64,000 nucleotides of DNA, taken from contig CM000151.3 of NCBI GenBank assembly GCA_000004695.1, positions 5,440,001 through 5,504,000 on the forward strand, in the 5' to 3' direction. Positions 29,988 to 42,599 of the stretch are shown here, piece by piece. Position 1 is the first letter of the stretch. Each line of letters opens with the position of its first letter. Source of the stretch: Dictyostelium discoideum (taxonomy: Eukaryota). The translations under genes and the position numbers were made by a program. The notes beneath the pieces were generated by a model. It ran no database searches, was not told where the DNA came from, and saw nothing but the letters and a program-made list of their open reading frames with translations.

Positions 29988-32900
29988 TAGAATTATATAA
30001 AGAAAATAAAAAAAATAAAAAAAAAATAATACTTACTTTATAAAAATTAAAAAATGATAAATCTTGAAAATTAATTTTATCTAAAGATAATAAATTTGAA
30101 AAGATTGATGGTATATAATTTGAAGTTAAAGTAAATGGTCTAATATAATTTGATAATCTTTTGGAGAGATTAATTTTCATTAAATTTCTAAACTTTTTTG
30201 ATTTAACACTGATTGGACCAACTGAAATATCACTAACACTATCACCAAAAAGTATTACATGATCAGCTAAATTTAAAGCACATAAAGTTTTTGGTTCTAC
30301 CTCTTGATGTGAATTATCAACGATTACCCATTTAATATCTAAATTTCTAATTAAATCATTTGTTGCATCGGTTGATGTACAAAAAACTATATTTGAATTA
30401 TTAATATTATTTAAATCAATAATTGTTGAACAATTTGAAAATTGAAATATATTTGATTGATTATTATTATTATTATTATTATTATTATTTTTATTATTTA
30501 ATTTATAAAATTGATTTTTAAAAAATCTAATCATTTTAAAACTATTACTAAAATCCAAATCTAAAAATGTTTTACATGATGAATCCTTTTGAAATATAAT
30601 AAAAAAAATTATTTGTTAAGATTAATAATTATTTCTTTTTTAAAAATAAAAAAAAAAAAAAAATACATACTAAACTAAAATCATTTGGACCACAAATTAA
30701 AATTCTATTTGTTAATTTTAAATTTTGAATTGAAAATTTTGAAATTAAAAATGATAAAGTTGTTTTACCAGAACCAGGTTGACCTTCAATGATGGTTACT
30801 TTATTATATAATGAACTATGAACTGCCATTTCTTGTGAAGAATTTAAAGAGAAACCAGAGTTTGGAAGTTTAGATGGTGAAAATGGTATTAACTCGTTTC
30901 CAACACCAGTTGAAATGATAGATTGACAAGCTGATGGGATTTTTAATGGGGATTTTATATTTGAAAATAATGATACCCCAACCATTAAATCATGATTGAA
31001 TGAATCACGATGAGTAATTTCGACGAAAAAGGGTGTTCTCATCATTATTTTCTCGATTTTTGCTGGAAATTTAATCTTTAACCATTTTTCATCTTTAATA
31101 CCCACCTTTGAAATTATAGAATGAGTTGAAAATGGTGGGTTTCTATCATTACCCAAATAAATACAACAAATAAAGTCACCTTTTGAAATCTTTTCTAAAT
31201 TTAAATTTAATGGTAGTTCAATTGCTCCAACATATTTTCTCTTTTTCTTACTCCAAGAAATCAAAACTGATGATAAAAAAATTGAATTTTCATTTTGTTG
31301 TTGTTGATGATGGATACTATTACCAACATTCTTATAAACTGAATTTAAATCAATCATTGTACTCCAAAATTCAATATAATGATTAAAATTTTCAAATTTT
31401 GATCCAATTTTATAATCTTGAAAAATTTTATTTAAAAATATATCTTGATTCTAATAATAAAAAAGAAAAAAATAAAAAAGTTAATAAATTATAATTTTTT
31501 TTTTTTTATAGATTAAAAAAAAAAAACTTACAAATTTATGAAAACAATTAAAATTTGGTGTTGATTTAATTGAATTTAAAAATGATAATTCTAATTGATT
31601 TGATTGATTATTAAAAAATAATAAAACTTGAATTGAATGTAAAAGTTTTACAAAAATTTTATCATCATTTAAATTTGATAAATTTAATAATAAATGATTC
31701 TTTGGTAATTTAATTTCAACTGAATTATCAAATTGAACAGTTGGTTTAAAGTTTGAAATTGAAATTGTAAATAATTTATTATATTCTTTACACCAAACTT
31801 GTAAATAATCATTTGAAATACCAATTACTAAAACATTTACAACTATTGATGATTTTAATTGAATCAATGATTTAGTTGAAATCTTTTGAAACTTTTTTAA
31901 TGCTATAACTGATTTTTGAAATTTTTCATTTAAATGTAAAATTAAATTTTCTAAATTTAAAAATTCAATTGGTAAACATTTATTATTATTATTAATATTA
32001 CTATTATTATTATTATTATTATTATTAATTGTACTTGATAAATTATTATTATTATTTGGGTTATTATTATTTGGGCTATTATTATTTGGATTATTATTAT
32101 TTGGATTATTTTTATTAAATCTTAAATTTAAAATTCTTTGATTATAGATATCTGAATATCTTTTTAAAGGTTCAGTAAATTCACTATAGTAAGGAAAGTG
32201 TTGATATTTCTCTTTTTTAATTTTAAATGATTCCAAATTTCCTGAAACTTGATTTAAAATATAATTTAAAAAAAGTTCTTCATTAGTATTACAATTAATA
32301 CTAAGATTTTGATTTGATTTGAATGATTGAACCAATTTAAATAGATCAGTTTCTTTAAATAAATTTGATTGAACTAAACTATTTGAAACTTTATAAATTA
32401 AACCTTCGATTCCCCATTCAGCCAATGTACAAGTAACAATGAAATTTGCCAACATTAATACCTCTTGAATTAAATTTGATACTGATTCATTTGGTAATTG
32501 AGGTTGTTTAACTTTAATTGGAACATTTAAGATTGTATTAAATTCAAAAGATACAAATTGATTATTTGAATTTATAATTAAATTTTTTGAAAGGACATGA
32601 TTCTTGAATACCAATAAACTAGTTTCAATATCAGATTGTTGAAATTTACTATCTTGGTCAATTTCAAGTTTATCATCGATTGGTAAACCTTTAAAAATAT
32701 TTTGAACTTGTGAATAAGAAAGATTAGTCGTTGATTTAATAATTGACTTATGGATACGTCTTGAAACTGATTCACCAATATGATTTAAACCACCAAAACT
32801 CCATTCAACTGTAAAACATTTTCTTTCTTTACCAGGTGACAATGATAAGTTTTGAGTAATAAATTCTTGATCAATGATATCAACTCTATCAATACCACCA

Positions 32901-33595
32901 AAATCAATTGAAATACCATTCATACAAGCAATTTTATCCAATGTTGATCCAATTTCAATAAAACTTGTGCAATCAAGAAAATGAACAAAAATTGTAACTT
33001 TACCATCCAAACTCTTTTTAAATGAAAATGCATATGAAATATTATTATTATTATCCTGTTCAATTGTAAAACATAATAAATCTCTTAAATCTTCATAATC
33101 TTCATTATTATCAAAAAAAACAATTGATTTATTTGATAATGAATTTATAATTGTATTGGTTGCTGTATTAGTTGAAGTAGTGGTTGTTGTAGTTGTAGTA
33201 GTAGTAGTGGTGGTGGTGGTGGTGTTTGTTGTGGTAGCTGTTGATAAATTTGAAATTGGCGATAAATTATTTTCAATTTTTATAATTGAAAGTTCTTTTA
33301 AAAACTCATTCGAAATTGCCCAATGATTATTAATTGTACCAATTGGAAATAAAGTTGATGATGACCAAATTGATTCTAATTTAATTTCATAAATGATATT
33401 ACCATTTAACAATGGTAATTTTAAAAGCTGATTATTATCAAATATTAAAACCATTATACATGCGAGTTTACAGTTTGTTGGTTCAAAGAAAAGGAATTGA
33501 TCTTTTCTTTTTAAAAATTTACAACAATAAATTTCTTTGTGTTGACTTTTAATAATTGATATAACTTTACATTCAATTAATTTATTATTATTAGT

Positions 33596-33666
<71 letters not shown>

Positions 33667-35025
33667 GATTATTATTATTATCATTAATTTGTTGATTATT
33701 ATTAATTATTTGATCATTTTGATTTAAATTTTGAGTTCTTTTAATGGTTTCTTTAAAAACTTTATCAAAAATAACTTCATCATGTTGTTGTTGTTGATTA
33801 TTTGTTAAAATTTCAACTGCAACTATATCACCATGAAAGGAACGATTTCTATTAAAATAACCAGTTATATTAAAAATTTTATCTTGAAAATATAAATAAT
33901 TTGGTTTAATGGTTGCATTATTTGGATTATTTTTTTTTATATTAATTTCCCCAACTATAATATTTTTCTTCTATTTAAAAAAAAAAAAATAAAAATAAAG
34001 TCAATAAAAATTTAAAAATTAAAATTTTTAAAAAATAATAAAAAGGTGATAATTACAATTAATGAATTATTAATTTCAAATTCAGAATAATGTTCGAGAT
34101 AATAATTATTATTATTTGAAATTGTTAAAGGTAATAGTGAATTTGAAATTGATACTTGTGAAAGAGATGAAGAATAAGATGATGATGAAGAACAAGTTGA
34201 AGAAGGTGGTGATAACTGTTGATGGCAATTTCCATTGTTACCAAAGAATTTATTATTTTGATTACTATTGAGCGAAGGTGATGATAATCCAAAATTTGGT
34301 TTCTTTGATTTGTTTCTTTCAACCTTTCTATGATCTAATTCAGAGTGTGCAAATGCACACCATCTACCTTTTTTACATGCTTGATTGTTTACATAATCTT
34401 TACAAAATTTAGTTTTATATACCAGTGGATGATACATTACTTCAACATCATTATGAGAGAATCCACACTTTTTTTAAAAAATAAAAAAAAAATAAATAAA
34501 AAAAAAGATTAAAATTTTATTCTTCATATGTTATTTATATTATATAAAAAAATATATAAATTATAATTACATTTTCATTATTGCAAAGAGTTTGACAAAG
34601 ATTATTTGAATAAAGTAGTTTTCCATCGCTATCATATGGTGGTCTTCTACGTTCATCTCTTTTGTGATAAAAGAAACTAATTGGGAAAAAAAAAAAAAAA
34701 AAAAAAAAAAAGTTTAAGCAAAATTCCAAAAATTAAAAAAAAAATAATAAAAAAAAATAAAAAAATATAAGTTTTAATTACCAATCTCTATCTTTTGAGC
34801 ATTTAATAATCCCCAATCTACATTCTTGGGTTTTATAACTATTGATATACTTTGAGTGACATTCTTCAGGTGACATCAATTTAAATGGTTTATTATTGTT
34901 ATTATTTTTATTATTATTATAATTATTAGTGGTAGTATTATTATTATTGTTGTTATTGTCGTTGTTATTGTTGATATTATTTGTATTATTATTAATATTT
35001 GGGATATTAGTGGTAATTTTAAATT

Positions 35026-35029
<4 letters not shown>
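29503..35029 (-). CDS. Proposed single seven-exon gene encoding a HELZ2-like RNA-decay protein of about 1,650 aa: three CCCH zinc fingers, cold-shock-like and RNB (RNase II/Dis3-like) domains, then a UPF1-like SF1 helicase. Exons (minus strand): 35029..34782, 34676..34571, 34467..34057, 33970..31532, 31450..30671, 30585..30037, 29928..29503.
   Basis: CCCH fingers: YKTQECRLGIIKCSKDRD|CFFYH spanning intron 1, a noncanonical LCQTLCNNEN|CGFSH, and the canonical YKTKFCKDYVNNQACKKGRWCAFAH. A CSD-like block is GYFNRNRSFHGDIVAVEI. RNB motifs are NLIQEVLMLANFIVTCTLAE and EPLKRYSDIYNQRIL. Helicase motifs are LNSSQEMAVHSSLYNKVTIIEGQPGSGKTT (motif I), VIVDNSHQEVEPKTL (motif II-like) and VIVSPFEAQRN (motif V). 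All junctions use GTAATT, GTAAGT or GTATGT donors and AG acceptors with matching phases. The proposed intron 31451..31531 (donor TTT|GTAAGT, acceptor ttattattag|AAT, phase 0) removes the RNB ORF's TAA and a second in-frame TAG. The helicase frame is open from that acceptor with no upstream ATG. Confidence 0.6.
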
Positions 35030-35067
<38 letters not shown>

Positions 35068-35542
35068 TACATATAAATATGAATAAAATCAATGAATAGT
35101 ATTTAAAAACTATTTCAATGGTTTATTTCCAAAGAAAAAAATAATAATAATAATAAAAAAGTTTTTTATTTATTAAAAAAAAAAAAATTATTAAAAAATT
35201 AAAAAAAAAAAAATTAATATTTTAGAAAAATTTAATTATTTAAAAAATAATTTAATTTTTACCAATCTAAGTAATTGTTAAAACAATAAAAAACAATTAT
35301 TATCCCAAAAAAGAACCAATTATTAAAAAAAAATAAAAAAATAAAAAATAAATTTATTTTTCATTTTTTTTACGATAAATTGATTAATTCTTCTAATTTT
35401 CAACAATCGATAAATTAAATATTTAAATCAATTTCCATATTTAATCAATTTAAAAATAAAATAAATAAAAAATTTTATTAAAATATAAAAAAAAATAAAA
35501 TAAAATTAAAAAAAAAAAAAAAAAAAAATCGTTTTTTGGTGG

Positions 35543-35577
<35 letters not shown>

Positions 35578-35783
35578 ATAATTGAAACTTTCATACCAAT
35601 CGACAAAAAAAGATATTTTTATAATATAATTTATATATATTATATTATATTTTTATTTTGTTTTTTTTTTTTTTTATTTAAATTTATTTTAAAATTTTAA
35701 AAACAATTATTACATAAAAAGAAAATATAATAAATAAATAAATAAATAAATAAATAAAATAAATAAATAAAATAAATTTAATA

Positions 35784-36722
35784 ATGCGTGTATTTTTATT
35801 TAAAATTGCAAGTAAACAAAGATGGACACTTTATATTGAAAAATCTGAATTCTTCTCAAAGAAAGTTGATATCGAACCTACAATTGTAACAACATCAAGT
35901 AATAATAATAATATAACATTACCAACTCAATCTAAAGGAGTTTTAATATTAAATAAATTAAAGAATATAGCAATTGAATCAAAGAATGAAATTGATAACG
36001 CTCAAGATGGTGTTGGATTAAAAGGGAAATTAAAATCATTATTATCATATTTAGAATCTAAAATCCATCCAGAAGAAGCAGTATTACAACAATTTTCAAA
36101 AATTAATGATAATAATTTAATTAAAAAACATAATCATCATAACCATCATAATCATATTCATCATAATAATAATAATAATAATAATCAAAATGAAACTGTA
36201 AAACACCAATTTGAACATTTTAATGAACAAAGAGATAAAGCTAGTTTTACAATATATTATCCATCAAATATTGGATATAGACGTGCTAATAGATTCTCAC
36301 AAGTATTAATGAGACAAAAGATACGATTCCATCAAAAATGGATGATAATCAATAGTTTATTAATTCCAATTACATTTGCTGCCACAATTTTACCAGGCCC
36401 AAACATTTTCTTAGCCTATAATCTTTATAGATTATATGGTCATTTCCAAGCATTAAAAGGTTGTACCAATCTATCAAGATACACTAAATCACATGGTAGA
36501 TTATTATTTAAACCAAGTTTAGAAATGTTTGAATGTTTAGATGGTGAATTACTACAACAACAACAACAATTTAAACAACAACAACAACAACAACAACAAC
36601 AGCAAGAAGAAGAAGAACAATCAATCGATAATCCAAACTCATATGAAAAATTATCCACAAGATTAAGAATACCAGGTTTATTTGATTATGTAAAAAGAAT
36701 TGAAACTATTGAAAACAAATAA
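35784..36722 (+). CDS. Conserved hypothetical protein of 312 aa with a pair of adjacent hydrophobic helices (WMIINSLLIPITFAATILPGPNIFLAYNLYRLY), possibly an organellar membrane protein. It has His-rich, Asn-rich and poly-Q tracts.
   Basis: A single uninterrupted ORF with a basic N-terminal region, the motif PGPN...YN.YR...H..ALKG and the C-terminal motif RIPGLFDYVKRIE. No family could be assigned confidently from memory. Confidence 0.6.
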   Translation: MRVFLFKIASKQRWTLYIEKSEFFSKKVDIEPTIVTTSSNNNNITLPTQSKGVLILNKLKNIAIESKNEIDNAQDGVGLKGKLKSLLSYLESKIHPEEAVLQQFSKINDNNLIKKHNHHNHHNHIHHNNNNNNNQNETVKHQFEHFNEQRDKASFTIYYPSNIGYRRANRFSQVLMRQKIRFHQKWMIINSLLIPITFAATILPGPNIFLAYNLYRLYGHFQALKGCTNLSRYTKSHGRLLFKPSLEMFECLDGELLQQQQQFKQQQQQQQQQQEEEEQSIDNPNSYEKLSTRLRIPGLFDYVKRIETIENK

Positions 36723-37020
36723 ATAAAAAATAAAATAAAAAAAGTAAAGAATATATAAATTTAAAAATAAATAATAGTTATTATACGATGTATTTTTTTT
36801 TTTTTTTTTTTTTTTTATTATAATTATTCCTAATAATTTTAATCCTTTTTTTTTTCACTTTTTTTTTATTTATTTTTTTTATTGTTTGTTTTAATTTATG
36901 ATATGTTATTACATTGTTATCGAAGTATGTTGGTGGTAATAATATTTTTGAAACGATATCATATGATTTTATTATTATTATTATTATTATTAAATGTTTG
37001 TAATTGATTTTAATTTTTGT

Positions 37021-37302
37021 TTATTTTTTGTATTGTCTGAATCTTTCATCTAAATCTGATTTTCTTTTTTCTTTAATTTTTTGGATATTATCCATTACAT
37101 ATTCTGGTGGATTATTGAATATATCTGTTTCACATCTCCAAGTTTCTGACATTGGAAGTGATGTCCAATATCTAATTGTTGCACCATTTGAAAGGATACA
37201 TCTAGTGAGTTTGGATCTTGGTGAATGCTTTTTAAAATTGGAAATTGATCTAGTGATGTTTCCACTAATATTTTGATTAAATAAACGTATACAACTATTC
37301 AT
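37021..37302 (-). CDS. Small hypothetical protein of 93 aa (MNSCIRLFNQNISGNITRS...ATIRYWTSLPMSETWRCETDIFNNPPEYVMDNIQKIKEKRKSDLDERFRQYKK).
   Basis: A clean single-exon ORF with a basic, presequence-like N-terminus and a mixed-composition body. Identity unknown. Confidence 0.45.
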   Translation of the reverse strand: MNSCIRLFNQNISGNITRSISNFKKHSPRSKLTRCILSNGATIRYWTSLPMSETWRCETDIFNNPPEYVMDNIQKIKEKRKSDLDERFRQYKK

Positions 37303-37337
37303 TTCTTTTTTTTAATTGAATATGTAATAAAAAATAA

Positions 37338-37368
<31 letters not shown>

Positions 37369-37526
37369 TCGAAAAAACTAAAAATGAAAAATAAAAAATG
37401 AAAAATAAAAAAAAATAAAATAAAAAAAAAAATATATTGTTTAAAAATTTGGTCATTTCTGACGAAAATTATTTTAATAATAAAAATGGGAACTAAAACA
37501 AATATAAAATTCTTTTATTTTGGTTT

Positions 37527-37566
<40 letters not shown>

Positions 37567-37732
37567 GTACAGATTTTATTTATAAATGGTTAATTAACCT
37601 TTTTTTTTTTTTTTTCATGAAAGGAAATTAAATTCCAAAAATAACTTTATTCTTTCTTTCTATCCTTTTCATTTGTGTCTTTTTTTTTTTTTACTATTTC
37701 TTAATTAAAAAAATTTAAATTTAATTGATAAT

Positions 37733-38109
37733 TTATTGACCTTTGAGGATTTGTAAAAGAGCTTTAAAATAAAAATAAATAAAAAAAGAATTAATAATTG
37801 TTATTTATAAAAAAAAAAAAAAAAAGTAATAAAGAAAATAATAAAATATCAAAACTTACTTGAACCAACTACAACAAAAATAATGAAACCCAAAACGTAT
37901 GGATTAATATTTAAACCATCTTCTTTCTTCTTTGGTGAAGCAACACCTCTTTTTTCAATGTTTTCTTGGTATTTTTGTGATTTTTGACGGAGGGTACGAC
38001 TTTGGCTCTGGAATTATTAAATTTAATTAGTATTTTTCTTTTTTTTTCTTTTTAAAACCTTCAAAAAATGATAATAATAAAAATAAAATAAAAAAATAAT
38101 AATTACCAT
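37733..38109 (-). CDS. RAMP4/SERP1-family stress-associated ER membrane protein of 59 aa. Exons: 38109..38107 (ATG only), 38007..37860, 37761..37733.
   Basis: The spliced product is M|SQSRTLRQKSQKYQENIEKRGVASPKKKEDGLNINPYVLGFIIFVVVGSS|TLLQILKGQ*. Compare human SERP1: [66 protein letters not shown]. Donors are ATG|GTAATT and TCA A|GTAAGT, acceptors are ttccag|AGC and tttaaag|CTC, and the phases are consistent. The gene is missed by the ORF track because every exon is under 60 aa. Confidence 0.55.
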
Positions 38110-38240
38110 TGTTTTATGTTTTTTGGATATGTGTGGAACTAATTATGTTTGGGGAAAATGAAAAAAATAAAAAAATTAAAAAATTAAAAAATAAATTTAA
38201 AAAAAAAAATGAAAAAAAAAAAAAAAAAAAAAAGGTTGTG

Positions 38241-38279
<39 letters not shown>

Positions 38280-38503
38280 TCAAACCGATTTGGTTTTTTT
38301 CTTTTTTGGTTAAAAATTAAAAATAACCAGAAAATTAATTTTATTAAAAAAGGTTCTTTTAACTTTTTTTTATTTTATAAATTTTTTTTTTTTTTTTTTT
38401 GTGAAACTAATTTTGATGGGATTAATTAAAATAATTGTTTATATTTAGGATAAAATTTTACTTGTGTGTTTAAGCACAAATTTTTTTTTTTGTATACAAA
38501 AAA

Positions 38504-38542
<39 letters not shown>

Positions 38543-38793
38543 TGTAATAATTATAATAATAATAAAATAATAGTTCTAAAATAATAATAAAAATAAAAAA
38601 ATAAAATTAAAAAGTAATAAAAAAATAACTAAGATTTTTTCGCCTTTTTTTTTTGTATAAAAAAAAAATTAGGTCTACTTATTGGGTTTAATATATCTAT
38701 TTTAAATTAAAATAATTATTTTGGATGAATATTAAAAATAAAAAAAATATATAATAATATTGAATTTTTAAGAAATTTTTTTCTTTTCTATTT

Positions 38794-38826
<33 letters not shown>

Positions 38827-38949
38827 TTTTTATTTTTTATTTTTTTATTTTTTTTATTTTTTTTTTTAATTTTAAATTAAAACCACCACAACAAAAAAAA
38901 TATATAACAATAATAAATAAGTGTTCTCATACACTTACAAAACATAAAA

Positions 38950-39053
38950 ATGAATAATAATAATAATTTTAATAGTAATTTTAATAGTAATAGAATTAGT
39001 TCTACTCAGCCATATTTATCAGATGATGCAAGGTAAATATTTATAAAATTAGG

Positions 39054-39102
<49 letters not shown>

Positions 39103-39561
39103 GAATTATTAAATTCCTATAGATTCTAAGTACTTTTTTTTTTATTTAAAAAATAATAATAAATAAATAATAATAATAATTATAGAAATGCACTTTTTGA
39201 AGGTAAAGATAGGAAATGGGGTAATAATAATAATAATAACTATGATACACTTTCAAATCAAGATGTATTTGAAAAACAAAAAAGAGATATGGAAGAACAA
39301 GATAAAATGTTAGATGCATTATCAGGTAGTATAAGTAGAGTAAAAGATACAGCAATTACAATTAATAAAACAGCACAAGAACAAACTGACATGTTGGACG
39401 AATTAGATGTTCATGTCGATTCAACATCTGCAAGAATGAGGAATACAACTAAAAATTTAATTACATTAACTCAACAATCTAAAACAACTGGTTATTGTTC
39501 TGCCATTTGTTTTTTACTTTTAGTTTTATTGGTTATCATAATTCTAGCATCTGTATTATAA
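38950..39561 (+). CDS. Tail-anchored Qc-SNARE, Bet1/GS15-like. Exons: 38950..39032, 39186..39561.
   Basis: The SNARE heptad region LDALSGSISRVKDTAITINKTAQEQTDMLDELDVHVDSTSARMRNTTKNL has a zero-layer Gln, followed by a C-terminal TM segment GYCSAICFLLLVLLVIIILASVL. The phase-2 donor GCA AG|GTAAAT and acceptor ttatag|A extend ORF 39289..39561 upstream in-frame to the ATG at 38950. Confidence 0.68.
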
Positions 39562-40067
39562 ATAATTTTTAATTTAATAAATAAAATAACAAAAAATATA
39601 TTTTTTTTTCAAAAAAAAAAAAAAAAAAAAAAAAAGAAGGCAACAATAACCCAGTAATTTGGATATTATAAATAATAATAGTAATAAATAATAATAAGAG
39701 AAATAAAAAAAAAAAAAAAAGAAATATTTCAAGAGAAATAGATTTTTTTTAATTATTTAAATTCCAACAGAAAATAAGAAAATCTTTTTTAAAAAAAAAA
39801 AGAATAATCAATAAGGTTTTTTTAATTTTAATCAAAATTTAAAGGTAATTCTTCCTATTATAAATATATTTTTAAACTCTTTTATTCATTAAAGTCATAA
39901 TTTTTTTTTTACATTATTAAATTTTTGTTTTTTTTTTTTTTTTACTGTTTTATTATTTTTTTTTTCTTAGTTTTTTTTTATAGTTTTTATAGTTTTTATA
40001 TCTTATATCTTTTTTTTTTTTTTAAAAAAAAAATAAACACCTATATTATATAATTGAAAGAATAAAT

Positions 40068-40423
40068 TTAGTGGTGACCATGACCATGTGAGTGGGAACC
40101 TGGGTTTCTGATAGCTTGAACTTTTTTCCAATAGTATGAGTTGGCTTTGTTTTCCTCTGTTTTATTATTATTCATTATTATTATTATTATTATTATTATA
40201 ATTAATATTATTATTATATTTTAAAAGTTAGTAAATGTGATAGTAATATTTTTATCGTTTTTGTTTTTTAGTTTTTTTTTTTATTTTTAAAAAAAAAATA
40301 TTTACCAGTAATACCCATATGAACTTTAGTAATGATGAGAGCCCAAGCACCTGCACCAACTAAAAATGGCCAGTAGATTTTACCTTGTTGAGCAAGAAAT
40401 TGGGAGAATGGTTGAACTTTCAT
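40068..40423 (-). CDS. Mitochondrial F1Fo-ATP synthase subunit j (ATP18)-like small protein of 68 aa. Exons: 40423..40306, 40156..40068.
   Basis: The spliced product is MKVQPFSQFLAQQGKIYWPFLVGAGAWALIITKVHMGIT|EENKANSYYWKKVQAIRNPGSHSHGHGHH*. Compare yeast subunit j: ...KVYWPFFVAGAAVYYGMSKAADLSSNTKEFINDPRNPR. The donor is ACT G|GTAAAT and the acceptor aaaacag|AG, phase 1. It is not in the ORF track. Confidence 0.5.
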
Positions 40424-41572
40424 TGTTTATGTATGTGTTGAGAAATGTGTGTAAAAAATAAAAAAAAAAATGATTGTTTTTGAAAATTTTCAAAAAAAAA
40501 AAAAAAAAAAAAAAAATTAAAAAATTAAAAAATAAAAAAAAATAAAATAAAATTTTTTTTTTAAAAAAAAATACATTTCGAATTTCTCTATTTGTTCAAA
40601 AGAAGATTTTATTTCAATATAAAAATCAATAAAATATCAAATTGATAAATGGATTAAGGGGTTATAGAAATTTTTATCATTTTGGGTAATTATTTTAGAA
40701 TGTTTCAATAAATTTTTTTTTTTAAAAAAAAATAAAAATAAAAATAAAATAAAAGAAAAAAAAAAATAAAATAAAAAAAATAAAAGAAAAAAAAAAATAA
40801 AATAAAATAAAAGAAAAAAAAAAAAAAAAAAATTTTGTAGATCACAAAAGATTTTTTAAATCTTAATTAAAAAAAAGAAATTCATACCAAAATTTTTAAC
40901 ATTATTTTTATTTTTTTTTTTATTTACTTTTTTTTTTTTTTGTTTTTATTATTTTTTTTTTAAACTTTTTATTTTTTATTTTTTTTTATTTTTAGTATTC
41001 TTTTTTTAATTTGGGTTCATATGCATAATTCAAAAGAAATTTAATGTGTTGAATTTTAGATATATCACAATTACAATAAAATTTTAAAGTTTCCTTTAAA
41101 AGAAGTGTGTGTGGTGTTTGTGGGTTTTTTTTTTTTCTTTTACTATTGTTTATTTTTTTTTTTAAATTTAGGGTTTCAATTTCATTAAAAAAAAAAAAAA
41201 AAAAAAAACCACAACACTCTAAGTTTAAGAAAAAAAAAAAAAAATTATTTATTTATTTTTTATTTTTAAAAAAAAAAAAAAAAAAAAAGAATATTAATAA
41301 CTTTTTTTTTTTTATTATTTTTTTCTTTTATTTTAAAAATTATTCAGTATACAACCAAAAAAAAACAAATAAAATAAAATAAAAAATGTAGGTTTAATAT
41401 CTGTTTTAATCTTAATTTTTTTTTTTTCTAAATAATAAATTTTATTATTTTTTTTAAAATGATCAAGAATAAACTTAAATAAATTGGTTGGAATGAAATT
41501 TTAATTTAATATTTTTAAAACAATAAAATTTTTTTTTTTTATACCATAATAAATATTTTCACACACAACATT

Positions 41573-41610
<38 letters not shown>

Positions 41611-41814
41611 ATTATTTTTTTATTTAATTTTTTTTGTTTTTTTTTTTTTTAATTTTTTTTTTTTTTTATTTTTTTTAATTTTAAAAAATTCACAATTGTG
41701 TGTGTTATATATAATAAATATTTAAATATTAAATAATAAAAATAATAAATAAATTAAAATAAATCAAGGTAAATTGACTCTTTTTTTTTTTTTCAATTTT
41801 TAACCTTTTTACAA

Positions 41815-41851
<37 letters not shown>

Positions 41852-42190
41852 TTAAAGTTATTTTTAAATATATTTATTTTTCCACATAAATACCAATAAC
41901 AAGCAAGCCCAAAGTGCCACAATCTTTTTTTTTTTTTTTTATATATTATTTTTATTTTTAAAATTAATTTTTTTTTTTTTTATTTTATATTTTTTTAATT
42001 TTTATACAACACTCAAATATATCATTTTATTAATAAAATAATTTTCTTTTAAAAATTATTTATAGTTTTTTTTTTTTTTTTTTTAATCCTTTTTTATCCA
42101 TTTTAATAAAATTTTTTTCTAAAAAGAATAGTTTTAATACATTTTGGTTTATTTTTTTAAAAAAAAATAAATTTCTAAGTTAAAGAAAAA

Positions 42191-42567
42191 ATGATGATGA
42201 CATTAACTGATCAAGAAACAGAGATTATTAAAGAAACATGTAAAGTTGATAAACCTGTTAAATTAATAGAATTATCACAGGCACCAAGAATATATAGAAT
42301 TCCAGGATTTTTAACGGATGAAGAATGTGAATTTTTAATAGATACATCCAAGAATAAACTTAGACCATGCAATGAAATATCATCTGGTGTACATAGAAGT
42401 GGTTGGGGTTTGTTCATGAAAGAAGGTGAAGAAGATCATCAAATCACTAAAAATATATTTAATAAAATGAAATCTTTTGTAAATATTTCAGAAAGTTGTG
42501 AAGTTATGCAAGTTATTAGGTAAATATTTTAAAATATATTTTAAATTAATTTTAATTATTAATAATA

Positions 42568-42599
<32 letters not shown>

